DNA of 64,000 bases, taken from NCBI GenBank assembly GCA_002633005.1, contig NMRA01000183.1, positions 225,191 through 289,190 on the forward strand, written 5' to 3'. Below the pieces are notes generated by a model. That model searched no databases. It saw only the letters and a list, made by a program, of their open reading frames with translations, and was not told where the DNA came from. This document shows positions 37,791 through 50,864 of this stretch, piece by piece (the first letter of the stretch is position 1; the number at the start of each line of letters is the position of its first letter). This stretch comes from Phoronis australis (lineage: Eukaryota; Animalia; Phoronida). The translations under genes and the position numbers were made by a program.

Positions 37791-39961
37791 GAAAAGTCGA
37801 AGACCTGCTATTTCCTAAAAGTTAATTTACTTAACCTGTAGTTATTTCTGGAGAAAAAGGCGAGTTTTATACTTGAAATTTTTGGTTCTAGGAAATGGTC
37901 CAACCGCATACTTTCTGTTTGCAGTCTTGCAAGACTTAAAATTGAAGATAAAAATAGTCACATGTATGTTGAAATTAATGTTTTCAAAACCGGAAATAAC
38001 GACGAGGTCATGGACAGAATTTGAAGAACCTAAAACTATAATCAAGACAATCCATACGAAAAAGCTAAGACGACTGAGAAAAATACTCAGTGGAGGGTTT
38101 AATCGTTTAAATGTACGCGAAACCATTCACTTATCTGTGATTTTTTTTTACTAAGAAATCAATTGCAACAAAATCCAAAAATTTGCTGCACAAAGTTTGT
38201 TACTCTGTCGATCCTTCGGGCACATTATCCACGAGCAGTAGCGAAGCGCAAGGTTGGCAAGTGTATAATTGAAATTTAATACTGAAGGTAAAAGCAAGTA
38301 CCTAGTAAAACAGAAATACGTACAGAGTGAAGCAAAAGTATTTAATAGCTCGGGCGATTCATGTTAACATTCTGTGCCTTGGACATATTCGTGTACATGG
38401 TGTTTCTTAGTGAACCAAGAGTGCTTTTTCGTTGTGAACCGTGTCTTGATGAACGTGCAATAAATCTGTGAAAACAACAACTTTAATGCATGTACTCCTG
38501 ACCATTTTTATCATTATTGTACGACTTATCTGAATTGGGTTTACACGGATTCGTAGGAAAACTACTTCTGTGTTGAAAAAGAGTGCTTTTATCAACACGA
38601 TTAACAATCCATTTTTAAATTGATACTTGGTACATATCTCATCGACTGCGATCACGCTTTAAGACCTAGGCAGGACCTAACAAAAATGTCCACATTTGGA
38701 ACAACATATCTCCCAAAATATAAATTACAGTTGCCTAAATACTAAACGAAGTAGCATTTTAGAAAACTGTAACACGGTTTGTGAAATCTCACATTTAACA
38801 TTGATACATGTATCACAAAAAGTTGACCATGGTAATATCGATACCATTGGTATGCTAAATTTTAATTAAGACAGTCACGTGACCCAGTAAACAACGAGTT
38901 GGCGAAAAGTCAAAATCAAATTTTGCAAGGTTTCTTCTTTCAGAAAATGCGTATTTTACAGAGTTAAAATCTTTCATATGTTTAGCTAAATACCCACTCT
39001 TGTCAATCAAGTCCCACATAATCGTAACTCTTTTTCTGTTTCCCTAAGGAAAACCAGCTGTTTCACTCGTTTTTATACTTTTACAACAGGTAGCTACGCA
39101 TTACATGATTATGCAGTTTCTGTTGATATCTCGCAAAACCATTAATTTGAAAATCTTTAAACTGAATGTATTTGAATTGTACAATTGATATCTTTTGATC
39201 CTCCTTTGTAAAAACGCAATAGCGCTACATAGAATCTCGACATTATCGGTTCAGTAACGGCCGACAAACGCATTTTGGGATAAAGTTGGCTGAGATAGAT
39301 CTGAGGATAGCTTTAACCAAAACAATCCGTTGTGTTTTCCCCTGCAGGCACATGACATCCATACGAGGTCGCTTTTTGTTGACACTAGGTGAAAATAACT
39401 CATGGACTTCGTGACGACTTCAAAAGGGGACGTTTTGTCAACGTCGGAAATATAACGTCGTCTCGACGTTGGTATACGGTCGCAACTTTATCCCGGCGTG
39501 GTTACAAGTTCATTAGTTTTGTTGAACTTATAAATTTCGACGTCGCATCGACGTTAGTTTTTTGTCGGACAACCATTCCAACGTAATTTCACCTTCCAGT
39601 GATTTGTTAAGAGGCCGCAAGTCGAGTTACTGATCGCCGGTTCAGCTCAATCCCTACGTGAGTACCGCTCCCACTGTGCAAAAAGTGTACTTTGAAAATC
39701 CACTTTACATGGTTTCTGACTGTTTCAAGGAAACTGTTTTAATCTCATTAGATGGGGGAAATGTAAAAATACTCGGCAATAATTTACAATGCAGCATATC
39801 ACATCCAGAAGTCCGTGCAATTCCGCATTTTCTCGCAAGAGGTCGCTTTGCAGACCAAACCGTTGTATACAGTTAATGTACACGTGTTGAACATGAATGC
39901 AGGCTGAATGGTGTTATCTGAATTCCTCTGCAGATGCCACAACACTGGGAGCGTAGCATTG

Positions 39962-40100
39962 CGTCCCGGATTCTATGTGTCCCGGGTTCTTTGTGTCTCA
40001 GTTCTTATGTGCCCCGTGTTCTATGTGTCCCGTTTGAAGGATTTCGAGTTCTATATGTCCCAGGTCATTTCTATGTGCCCCGGGTTCTACGTGTCCCGGT
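39962..40100. repeat. About 16-bp minisatellite (gtcccgggttctatgt)n
   Basis: About 7 degenerate units read directly. Confidence 0.8.
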
Positions 40101-41429
40101 CTTTTGCGTTGCGATAGTCCAGGCGCTAAGCGGACGAGTGTGCAAGTTTTAGCTACATTCGCCATGTTAGGCCCACATGACAATTTTGGGATGCTTTTTC
40201 GATCCTCATGCAGGGCAAAAGTTCCACAAAGTAATGCCTCATAAACAAATGCCTTCTAGACCTTTTCAACACTCCAATTGCTACAGTACAGAGTCAACCA
40301 CACAAAACCCATAAAGTCCGGAAATTACGCTTAAGGTGATGTAGTCTCATTGCGAAAAAGGGATTTCGCAATGTCGCTGACAACACTGTACATTTCTTCT
40401 TCTTCACAAACTTGAGGTGCCTGTTTTTACGGAGAAGTTTGCACGGAGAATTATGTACCACACCAATGTTCTTCTCATCAAATAACACAAAATGAAAAAA
40501 ATTGGTTTGTCAGTTCCAACTAGACAGCTTTTTTGGAATGAAATGGTCATGGAAAAAATGCTTTTGCAACATGGTTTGCGGTTACAGTTGTACATACCAC
40601 ATCAGTAACGAAATTACCCATGGGAACCATAAAATGGTCAATTCGTCAAAAAACCAAGAAGTCACCAGAGCTAATGTGCCAACACTTTTCAGTACTGCAA
40701 CAAAAAATTATTTGAAGTGGACATCTCTATAAGATGGCTTGTCTAATAGTGTGGGATTTTATGCACACATCATGGTCTCAAGGCATAGCAAACTGTCAAT
40801 TCGATGGAATTCCAGAAATCACTTCCCATATGGATAAGGAAGAAATTGAGGAAAGTTTATAGAGGTACATGTAAATGGTCTAAATCAAAAGTTACCTTCT
40901 CGACGGAATGCGTGTTTACAACCCAGGCAGAAAGATACATGAGCAAAACCAGCCAAACCGCAACAGGGGCTCAAATGTCAGCAATAAATACTCATTTATA
41001 AACAAAAATCCATTGTGGTAAATAAAACGCGGAAACATAAATTTAGATCAGTTACACAATATCAAGGAAAAGAAACAGTGCAGTGGTCAGATATCACGAA
41101 ACAAACGTCTAAATATAATGGCCACAATGAGAAATCCTGTCAGACCAAAAAATCCAGTTGCTCAACAAAAAGAACAAGATTTCATGACTATGTGGCTGTA
41201 CCAACTTAATCCACTGGCCCAAGGATCATGATCGGTGGCTGGACAAAAATTAAATCCAGGTAAATTTAGATGTGTGCTGTTCACACAGCATTTCGGATGC
41301 AAACAAAGCTTGTAACAACACACAAGCCTACTTCCATACATGGCTGTACTGACATAATAATGCCACCACTGGATTTAGCAGATCAGCCAGAGTATTTAAA
41401 GGTCCAGCCACCGTACTGTTGCCTCTCTT

Positions 41430-42387
41430 TGAATTTTTACAATGCTACATCCTTGACGATCTCAAAGCACAGATTGTCTCTTTCCAGTGCATACTCCACT
41501 TCCTCTGTCATATCTCTTATATCCAAGTGTTCCATTTTCCTACATTTGTTGAGAGTGGCCTATCTCAACAAATTACGTTGGACCTGTTGTGGTATAAGCC
41601 AGTAATCTTTGGCAAATACTTTTTCCACGACTCGTTCCTCAAGTTACAAATTCTCTTTGACACATCTTCTGGGGGTTGACTTTTCGGCCTTTCTCTCTAG
41701 CACCCTCACTTAGTTGTCCAGAAGGAATTTTTCAACGGTTAAGGGTAAATCCTTGCTGATTTTGAACTTTCCATACTCAAACTTTACTAGTAATCAGCAG
41801 GTCTTCAACTTCTTCACCATAAGCCTTTCCTGATTCCTAAAATTGTATTAATGAAAAACTAAACATACTGAATTTAATGTGGCCATTTTGGCTCAGAAAA
41901 TATGAGTACCAAACTAAAGTGAAGGCATCACAAATAAGTCATTCATATTTTATTATAAAAATTTACAAAATGAATTATATGTACCTGGCAATAGGACAAA
42001 GGTATAAAACTGGGTTGGGTCGCATAAAACTTCAAAATTATCCGCTGGATAAGTTTGATTGTTGCATGACGTCAGATGCATTTTTCAACAAGAACAACGT
42101 GGCTTGTGATATATGCGATGTCATTGTTGCTATACGGCGTATAACTTTTATGCAAATGGCCCAGAAGTATGGCACACAACATGTAGACCGATTTAAATTG
42201 TCCGTGTGTCACAATTCATTGTGAAATGCATGAGTTGTGCATTATATTTCTCTTCATAACATTGCAATTACGAAATTTATTACAGATTTTTACAAGTACT
42301 TACCGTTACTGTAGTACCCATGGGCACTCGCTTTCTTTTGACCCACTCTGAAGTCAGCCTGTTTTGTGTGGCAGCTTCTGTATATCC
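41430..42387 (-). pseudogene. Decayed intron-containing transposase C-terminus (Sola3-like, inferred)
   Basis: After a ttttag acceptor at about 41836 the frameshifted reading gives RFTLTVEKFL..GRKVNP/EDVSKRI..RNES..KVFAKDYWLIPQQVQ. This matches the recalled motif RF..K.YL..G.K.DP..V..MR..R..G..F..WL..QQI. An 84-nt exon with cag/gtaagt borders lies at 42304-42387. Confidence 0.45.
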
Positions 42388-43526
42388 CTGAAAATTCATA
42401 GAAATTCAATCAGCTGCATTAGAAATATCTTTTGTTGCATGTTCACAGTCATAGGCTATAGAGATCAACCAAATGAAAACAACAGAGCCTTATAGAGGGG
42501 GTTAGTGGGCTTGAGTAATAGCCACTGTATAATATGTATTTGCTAAGCAATTTCTAGCAAGACCGTCTAAAATTCCCAATGCTACGTACAAGATATCCCC
42601 ACCCTAGTTCACTATTATCCTGGTTTTTATTACCTTAAATAACACAGAACAGTAGATGGCAGCTGATATGTCCCCAAAAGTTGAGCCCACCTTCACCATG
42701 AGCACAAGTTAACCATTTCAACATAACAGATTTCCAAACAAACATCTGACTTGTGTAATTGTGTTGTTGTAATCCATTGTATACATACCATACACTATCT
42801 TTCATGCACAAGTATGACATGGAAACCATAGGTTCAAGATTCTCGATAGATATTGTGAAACCCTCACAACAGTCACTGATTAGTTTTGTTAGTTTACCAT
42901 AAAATTCAGAAATACACCGCTTTTTGGCAATCATGAGGTAAACAGGAATTTTGAACTCTACTGCAAATTCAGCATGCATGAAACAACACCAGAATCCTTT
43001 ACGTGGTTAACATATCAATTGTCCCTTCAGGGCCTCAAGTCAACGGGATAATATGGGGGACGTATGGGTCATGCTAAAATTCCTGTCTTTTTATTCCAGT
43101 TTTGGGAGGGTGCATTTTAATGTGCGACTTTTTAAGTTCCGTTCCAATTTTCAGCCTAATCATCTTTGTAAGCTTCACTAGTTGCAAATCACAGCTTAAT
43201 ATCAATGTATTTTTTTGAGAAATGCACTATATTTTTGACGGATTTGTCATGTTTAATTAACTTCATATTCAACCACAGAAATTCAATGTCGGACATCACA
43301 TACTCTCTAGTCTATAAAAGTAGGTCATGGGAAGAAGTCATGTAAAGCGTTTCAACATTTGGCTGTTATTATAAAAAATATGATAAATACCTATTTTCTA
43401 TATCAGTGTATTCATACACTGCATAAACTGTACTTCAAGACATTTGAAATAAGATACGATTAAGCAGTAATGCCCAAGTTATAAGCAATCACGGAGCGTC
43501 AATAAAAGTATTTTTGCATGAATGCT

Positions 43527-46255
43527 CTGATACGCCGTGAAATGTAACAATGACGTAAACTGTAACAGTTGTTACATTTTACATTGCTAGAGATCTCCTA
43601 AAATGTAACAACTTGTTACATTTTATGTAATTGTTACAATTTACGTCGAATGCACATGCGAGAAATGTATCATTGTTACATTTTACGAAACCAACGTCAT
43701 ATTTCATGAGTTTGCTTGATATTTGTCACAAGGAAGAAAATCCGTTCACACACTTAACGCCTTCTTTCTCGGATTGTGTGAATGAAATTCTATCAAGTGT
43801 GCCAGGTCCAACTTATAAATGTGTCCCTATATGCTTTCCATGGTTTTTTAACATGAGTAGTTTTATGGTATAGTAAAAAATGCACACCGTACAGTTTCAA
43901 CTACACACGAAAGGGTTTCCAGCATCAGGTAACACGTTTTTTAATGTTAAAGGGTACTTGCAATCTTTCGTTGACGTTCACACGTCATAAATCAATTGTG
44001 TATCCGGCATTACAGTAAAGACACTTCCCTCAACAAAGACATCATATTTGGCTAATATTTATCGTATTTCTTCGGGAACAAACGACAATAACGAAATTTT
44101 TCATGGAGAACTCAATTTCGGAAGCCCATTTGATACAAAAAAACACAAGCTTTATTCCACGATAGTTTGGTTTATTTCGGCCAGTGTTTTATTGCCTTGG
44201 AGTCATCGCTTATGCAGTAACTGACCTGCTAAACACAAAAGAAACAAAACCAATGTTTCTGATGCCGACAGGTTCTGCCTACCACCAAAGTTACGAATGA
44301 ACATTTCTTAAAGACATTGTAGTGGAAGGAAATAAAAGCACGCATTTATTTGCCGGCAGGTTGACAGATTTTGTCAAAGCAACAACAAAATATTGCCTTT
44401 GAGAAGGGCGAGCCAATAGTTTAAAAAGTGGTGGCATAGTAACGTGTTTTATACAGCTTAAAAGATGAAAGAAATATCATTGTCCCAATGACGTCAAACC
44501 TGTCTGAAATAGTGGTGGCAACAACAGGTCAAACTGTGACGTGTAAACGTAAAAATGGGAGGCCTAGCTGGGGAAATAGAAAATATTTTGCACACTGAAT
44601 AAATAAAAGATTATTTTGCTAAAACCTGGAAAGCTCTAGGTCGATAGGGACAATAATCTAAAAAGCTGATTGTCGGCCTTTCGGAATATAAAAATATGCA
44701 CTTTCTCTTATTATTGTCTTTTAAGATAAAATATGAATTAAAATTGCTATTTGGACAATGTTCATTAGCTCGAAGTACATATAAATAAAGACAAAGATTG
44801 GACATTCTATTATTAATAGACAAGAAGTCACGTGTCTCATGAGGCGCCATTTTTGTGTAGCATAAACGAATTTGGTATATTTACCCCTTTGATACATTGC
44901 ATTAAATGCTCATATTAAACATCACTGACTTCGATGTTGGCGGTTTTTGTTCCATACAATCCAATTTCAATGAAACCTAGTTCAAATCACTCTGTTAAAT
45001 CACCGTGTCTTTCTAAGAATATTGGGGCACGTTCTACATAAAATTGTTGCTCGGTTTGTATTCCCATTACCAGCTATTCTAATGACCCAGTGACCGCAGA
45101 GGACTAATCGTTAGTTCTCGAAAAAGTCTGCCTCCAGAGTTCAACTTAACGAAAATTTGAACTTAAATATTATCGTGGAACAATCCCCAGTTCTTTGACA
45201 AGTAATGTTTTCAACAAGAGACAAAAATGATTACATGGTGGGTATCCTCACATTTAGATGAAAGTCGCGAGTTAAATAGTGCGGTCTGAATTCAGTTCTT
45301 TTTGGCAAACTGTAGATGGACATAGTTATATTTAAAAACAACACAGTGCTTTTTGATAGGTCAAAATAATCAATTTTTAAAGTTGGTGCACGTCTAAATA
45401 AGATTTTAAATCTCAACCTCCTCGTTTCCAAGAAGTAGGCCTACTCTGCATCCACAGCTGTCAAGACATTCCTCACAATATCGTTAAGGCTGAACATGGG
45501 AACCCCTTTAAAATCCTTTGGAACAGGACTCGCTGTTCACTATGGAAAGCCAGATAAAAACATTGGACTATGATTGAGATGATTTTAAAATCTTTAAGGA
45601 CCATGATGTATTAGCACTTTGCTAAACATGTATTGTGTCCTCGTTAAATAAATTTAAAAATATTCATAATAATAAGAACGATAACGAAAACGATAACGAG
45701 TAACACTAGTAATAGCAGCAATAGTAGTAATGGCAATAGTAATAGGAACAGTATTAATAATAGTAATAGTAATGTAATACTAATAAAAATGATAATAGGT
45801 AGCCAGATTCATGTCGTGTCAGCCCGGAGTGCATTCTATAGAAGAGGTATACCAAAAGTACAGCCCAAAAGGGTGTTCTTTCACAGAAAAAATACTCTCC
45901 AAAATGGTGCCATTTTCGTCAAACTTATATCTAAAAGGTGCCGTTCATGAATTTCAGGAATAAAAGTGTGCGAAAATGTGAATTTTTACACAAATTAGTT
46001 TCTAAATGGGTCACTTTTTTGTCCGAGCCCGCTCTCTAAACGGGTACGAACAAGAATACTCCAGCACCCCGTGGTAGTTTCAGATACCACTTGTTCGCGA
46101 TTTTGGTCATTTTCCTTGCAATATGAAGTGGGTTTCGTAAAATGTAACAATGGTACATTTCTCGCATGTGCGTTCGACGTGAAATGTAACAACTGCAACG
46201 CAAAATGTAACAGTTCTTACATTTTACGAAGTTGTTACATTTTACGGCGTATCAG
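43527..46255. mobile_element. 2.7-kb non-autonomous DNA transposon with long TIRs, TGTAAC subterminal repeats and 4-bp TSD
   Basis: tgct|CTGATACGCCGTGAAATGTAAC ... GTTACATTTACGGCGTATCAG|tgct. TIR homology extends about 135-175 bp. Confidence 0.85.
45666..45798. repeat. Degenerate (AAT/AGT/AAC)n microsatellite
   Basis: Direct reading. Confidence 0.7.
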
Positions 46256-47744
46256 TGCTCCTAAAAATATTCCTCAGGGTCTGACCTTGGATTTTGGTGA
46301 TTCTTACCTGAACTCGCATGAAGCAGAACATTGAACCTTGACTTTATGTCTTTGGTCATTTTCCTGACCTCTGTCGGATTTCTCCTCTTGTGTGCAGTGG
46401 TTGTACTCAGTGTCTTTAGCGACGCCAATATATGTCGAGGGTTGTAACGATGATTCGGACAAGTGAATCTACTACGCTAGATAATCTAGCTCCTGCTGCA
46501 TACCTGCCTCCGAGGCAGACAGTCTACTTCTCAGGATGACACGTTCCACCTCCTTCACGTCCCCTCAATTTTAAGGTTCTGAAATATCTCGCTATAATTC
46601 TTGTGCATTTCCCAAGAGTTTTCAAAGTTGTTTCTCTCGGCAAAGGTCTGATGTACGCCCAAGGTTTGACCTGTGTCCAAAAATGACACAACAAAGGAAA
46701 AGAATGATACGACTGATGGGCGATATACATGCGACAAGTTGCCATGGACAGTGGTGGAGTTTGAATGTTTTTAGAGAACTGCAAACCCGGTATTTAGTCA
46801 GGAAAATTTCTGCGGCCTTTTGTTTTAAGTCGTATGAAAAATTGTGGTCATACCACTTAACTTAACATTCATTTGATTTTTCATTGCATTGCATGTACAT
46901 TTGATAAACAGAAAATCTGACTTGAATAGGTGTGACCCATTAGGAAATTGCAAAGCATAACAACTGTAAATCAAAATAACCCACAATTGTCGACTTCATA
47001 TCTAACCCTGTTGACTGGGGAGGACATAATCGGCTTTTTAAAAAAATGGAGTAATGTATGGTATCTAGGAGTACTATAGTCCTAGGTGGTAAGTAGTAAA
47101 ACATTCAAAACATTCAGGAGGAACAAACTCGTTGTTGCAAACAATCAAAAAACATTAAGGACAATCTGCTTTTACGTGCTCACGCAACGGTCTCAGATGT
47201 TTGAAAATTTCTCATTTTAGTACACTTGAGGTCCCAAAATGTATAACTAATAAACTGGCTGACAATTTTTTTTTATTTTATGCAATGGAATTAACATGTT
47301 TTTTCAACATTTTGGCCAAGTTTCATTCTCAAAGCAGTGGGGGCAGGTTTGGTATAGCATTGTATTGAATATAACCTCAAAATTGCATAACGGGAGGCAG
47401 TGAAGTTTAACTACAAAATGAGGGTGGCAAATCGGAATCTTTTTCTTCAAGACATCTGTGTGAAAATCTACAGGCACCACTTAACAATATCAAGTGAATA
47501 ATAGTTCAATAGCTTTCATTCAAGGAAAAAATAAACAGAAAATTGAACAGTTTTTACAGCGTGAAAACATGGCTGCGAGACCGTAAAATGTGTTTGAGCC
47601 TATAACTTTAGTAGAACGTAATATTTTGGGGATATATTTTACCATTGTTTATAGATTCCATAGGACTACCTGTGTGTCAAATTTGAAAATCGGCTGACCC
47701 CCACTTTGCCGCTGAATGGCTGGCGCTCTCGTGGACAAGCACTT

Positions 47745-48262
47745 AACGTCCCCTTCGGTGCTGCCTTCGACCTCCTGGCCGAGGCCCGCCTCCAGCCGCC
47801 GATCTCCGTCGGCGTTGCCTTCGGCCGCTTGACCGAGGCTTACCTCCCGGCTGTCCCGCCCACGTAACTTACGGGCCTCGGCCACACTGCCTCCAGTCCG
47901 GCAGCTCAGCCTGTCCCGCCTGTACGGCCTGCGTGGCTAACGGACCTCCGACGCGCTGCATCCGGCGGCTCCGCCGCTTGCCCCGCCTGCGCGGCTCAGG
48001 GTCACGGACGCGCTCTAGTGCCTCTGACGGTTTGGCCTGTCCCACCTGCGTGGCTTGCGGGCCTTGGCCGTGCTGCCTCCGACGGCTTGCCCTGTCCTGC
48101 TTGCGTGGCTTAATTACGGGCCTCGTCTGCGCGCTGCCTCCGTCGGCTCGGCCTTTCCCGAATGCGTGGCTTACGGGGCTCGTCCGCGCTGTCTCCACCA
48201 GTTCAATCGGGCCCGCCTGCGTGGCTTACAAGCGTCGGCTGCACAGCCTCCAACGGCTGCTT
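47745..48262. repeat. GC-rich degenerate minisatellite, about 54-bp unit
   Basis: Recurring gcctgtcccgcctgcgtggcttacgggcctcggccgcgctgcctccg motif. CpG-rich in an AT-rich background. Confidence 0.8.
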
Positions 48263-48913
48263 TCAATTGAAGCAATCATTGTCATATATATTAAAATTCA
48301 GCATAGGGGCATAGGGGTCTCGTACATGAAATTATGCTGGGTAATAAATCTTGATGTTTCATTGCTTTATTCATTTCACAGTTAACCACTGGACAACAAT
48401 CTTGTGGATATAATTGTCTATCTACCGACTGAGTGCTTAGACCGGATATCTAATCATAAACATGTAAGTAAATCTGCCTGTGGGTCATGCACTTACCATT
48501 AGAAAGGATACATTTGTCTCTTGCTCAAACTGTAACAACAACAAAACGAAGGCTCGCAGAGAAGTCTGATTCGATAGAATTTGCAATTTCATAAAGCTGT
48601 TTTTGCTAAGAGTTATTTGATATCAGTTCAACGGCCGCAACTTGCTCAACGATCCTCAGGTTTTGACTTAGATTTCACAAAAATGGATGATGCAACACAA
48701 GGTTTGTTTAGCCTAATCGATAGCGCTTTCAGAATGGCCACTCCAACTGACACCATCTAGAGGTCTCCATTTAAAATTGCCCCTATAGAAGAGGGGATCT
48801 AAGAAGAGCGAGCCCATCAATTTCCCTTTTGAACACTCGGCGTCCCCCTCACTCTCGCACGTGGAAGAAACACTTTACGTTCTGTTACTATCATGGTCGT
48901 TTACGTTATTTAA

Positions 48914-50837
48914 AGGAGAATGCCACCCGATTCAATCAGTCTTCATTACAGTCTTAATCGGTCTGTATCCACATCGCCGAGATGTGTCGCGTTAACCCTC
49001 TGAGGAAGGTGAGAAACGATGCAGCGACGTCAGTGGTTCTTCTGCAGAGTGAATTGGCTCGCGATAGTTGAGAATGAAAAATACGCCGTCAAACCAAGTA
49101 TGAGGCCGTGAAACTTCTCCGTGTCTGTCAGTGGCCGGCATTTCGTCGACAGTGATTTCACTGACGGTCGAATGCCGGCTTACCAAACAGCTCATGCCAG
49201 GGCAGAAACCATGCGCGCACTCTCAGAGAGACAAAAGGTCCGAGAAAATGAGGAATAAATCCATTAAACATGCGCAAACGCGCAATTCACAGAGATGCTG
49301 TCGTTTTTTTTATTTTTTTAGTCCGCCCATTTTTTTGTTACCAAAAGGTCCCCCCATATTGAAGGCTGGGTGCGCGCATGGAAACTGAGACTAAGGCTAA
49401 AGTCAGATGTTGTGCCTAGTGTGTTTGCGTTCGACAGGCAGGAGACAAAGAAACGCGGATTAGCTGTTGATTAGTTTTTGATTATGGAGAATTGTAGTTG
49501 TCCATTAAAACATGAACAATTACAATTTATTCAAGGGGTTACAGCATAACGTTTTAAATAACCTGTTTGATGACTGACTCATTCGTCAGACTTCTGTCTG
49601 AACCTCTGGGTGTAGGGTGTTTTCGCCAGTTCTTTTTCTCAGCCGAACGTCGTAAGCCTACCTCTGTTTAGATGCGATGCACAGCCAAGACAGTCCGTGA
49701 GACACATCTGATTTGCTACAAGAAGGCGTTTCACTTGCGGAATTTCGTGGCAGCAAACGCAAGCGTCAGTCGTTTCCATTATCGTGACAACATGACAAGT
49801 CAGTCAAACGGTTTTTGGAAACTATACAAATGTTCCGTTGCCTGTGCACGTTCATGGACCTCTAGTATTTCTTGATCAGTGCATTCCGGTTTGAACTGAT
49901 AACCTGTGAAACCTAACGATCAACATGTGAAGTCTTCATCGAATGAGCACTCGTCTAAGTCGGAATTGCATATTGGCACGTTGACTTTTATTATTGTGCT
50001 ACCAGTTTCTCTCGCCAACCAATACTTATATAAAATTGAAACAAAGTCTGTCTTATTAGATACAACTTGTAATGCCTTGGAGTGTTCGTGAGTGCAAATG
50101 TTTTGAGAACCCAGCAATGAATAAGTCACTGCGTTACTGGCTTTAGATGCAATAAGCTAATTGACCGGGCATCGAGGCCGTAACTCAATTTTATATCCTA
50201 TTGTCAGATGATAGGGGAATCTTTATTTAGATATTGATGAATTATACATTATTCGAATTATTGTTACTGTACAACTTTTACCCTGACGGCTCTCTAGAAG
50301 GGTAACCTATGACTTCGAGGCCCGCGACGAGCTAGTAAGTAGATTTTCATTTTAGCGGCTAATTCACCAAATAATCACGTGATCATTATTTCTTTGGCTC
50401 ACTAGTATAGACTTTTTGTGCATGGACGTTTAGTTTCCAACTTTGGTTGGTTTATATTCGTGATGCCTTCAGTCCGGTCATGATGGGCCTGACTTGGGTT
50501 CCGAGCCACTGGCCAGGATAACAAACGTTTTGTGTGTTTAGAACTGAAAAAACTGTCAAGTCTAAAATTACAACACACAGCTATGATCTCGATGCACTTG
50601 TAAGGGTTTTACATCGAATTTTGATTATTTATTGGTGTAAAACGATGAATTCATGGCGGGCTAAAAGCTGACCAGTAAGCGTGTTGTGAACTGCTGAACA
50701 GACTGTGTTCGAACCTCTGACGTCATTGGTTAATTTCAACACCTCCGTCTGCCATCTTGTGTCAGGTACTAGAGTTGTACTTGCTGTTATCGATTGGAAC
50801 TACTCGATCTAGGTTGTTTTTTGGGTCGTATTTTCCT
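48914..50837. mobile_element. Non-autonomous Kolobok (family A, copy 2) with convergent THAP (+) and KolX/P2X7-like (-) remnants
   Basis: TTAA at 48910-48913 and 50838-50841. + strand: WLAIV..SGRHFVDSDF..RLRLKSDVVPSVF (THAP). - strand: GYQFKPE..TCHVVTIMETTDACVCCHEIPQVK..MCLTD (Cys-rich KolX/P2X7-intracellular-like). Inverted homolog of 4052-5666. Confidence 0.85.
49210..49380. mobile_element. CA..TG MITE with 5-bp TSD (GAAAC), nested in the Kolobok THAP remnant
   Basis: gaaac|CATGCGCGCAC ... GTGCGCGCATG|gaaac. Confidence 0.8.
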
Positions 50838-50864
50838 TTAATTATTGGTTCTGTTTCATTTTAG

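Noticed and set aside
47869-48385. Arg/Ala/Pro-rich ORFs of 109-150 aa
   Set aside because: Open frames are expected in a GC-rich repeat; indels shift the frame between units
49562-49592. Minus-strand CTGACGA-ATGA..TCAT-CAAA hammerhead-like string
   Set aside because: The essential GAAA is CAAA and there is no stem I
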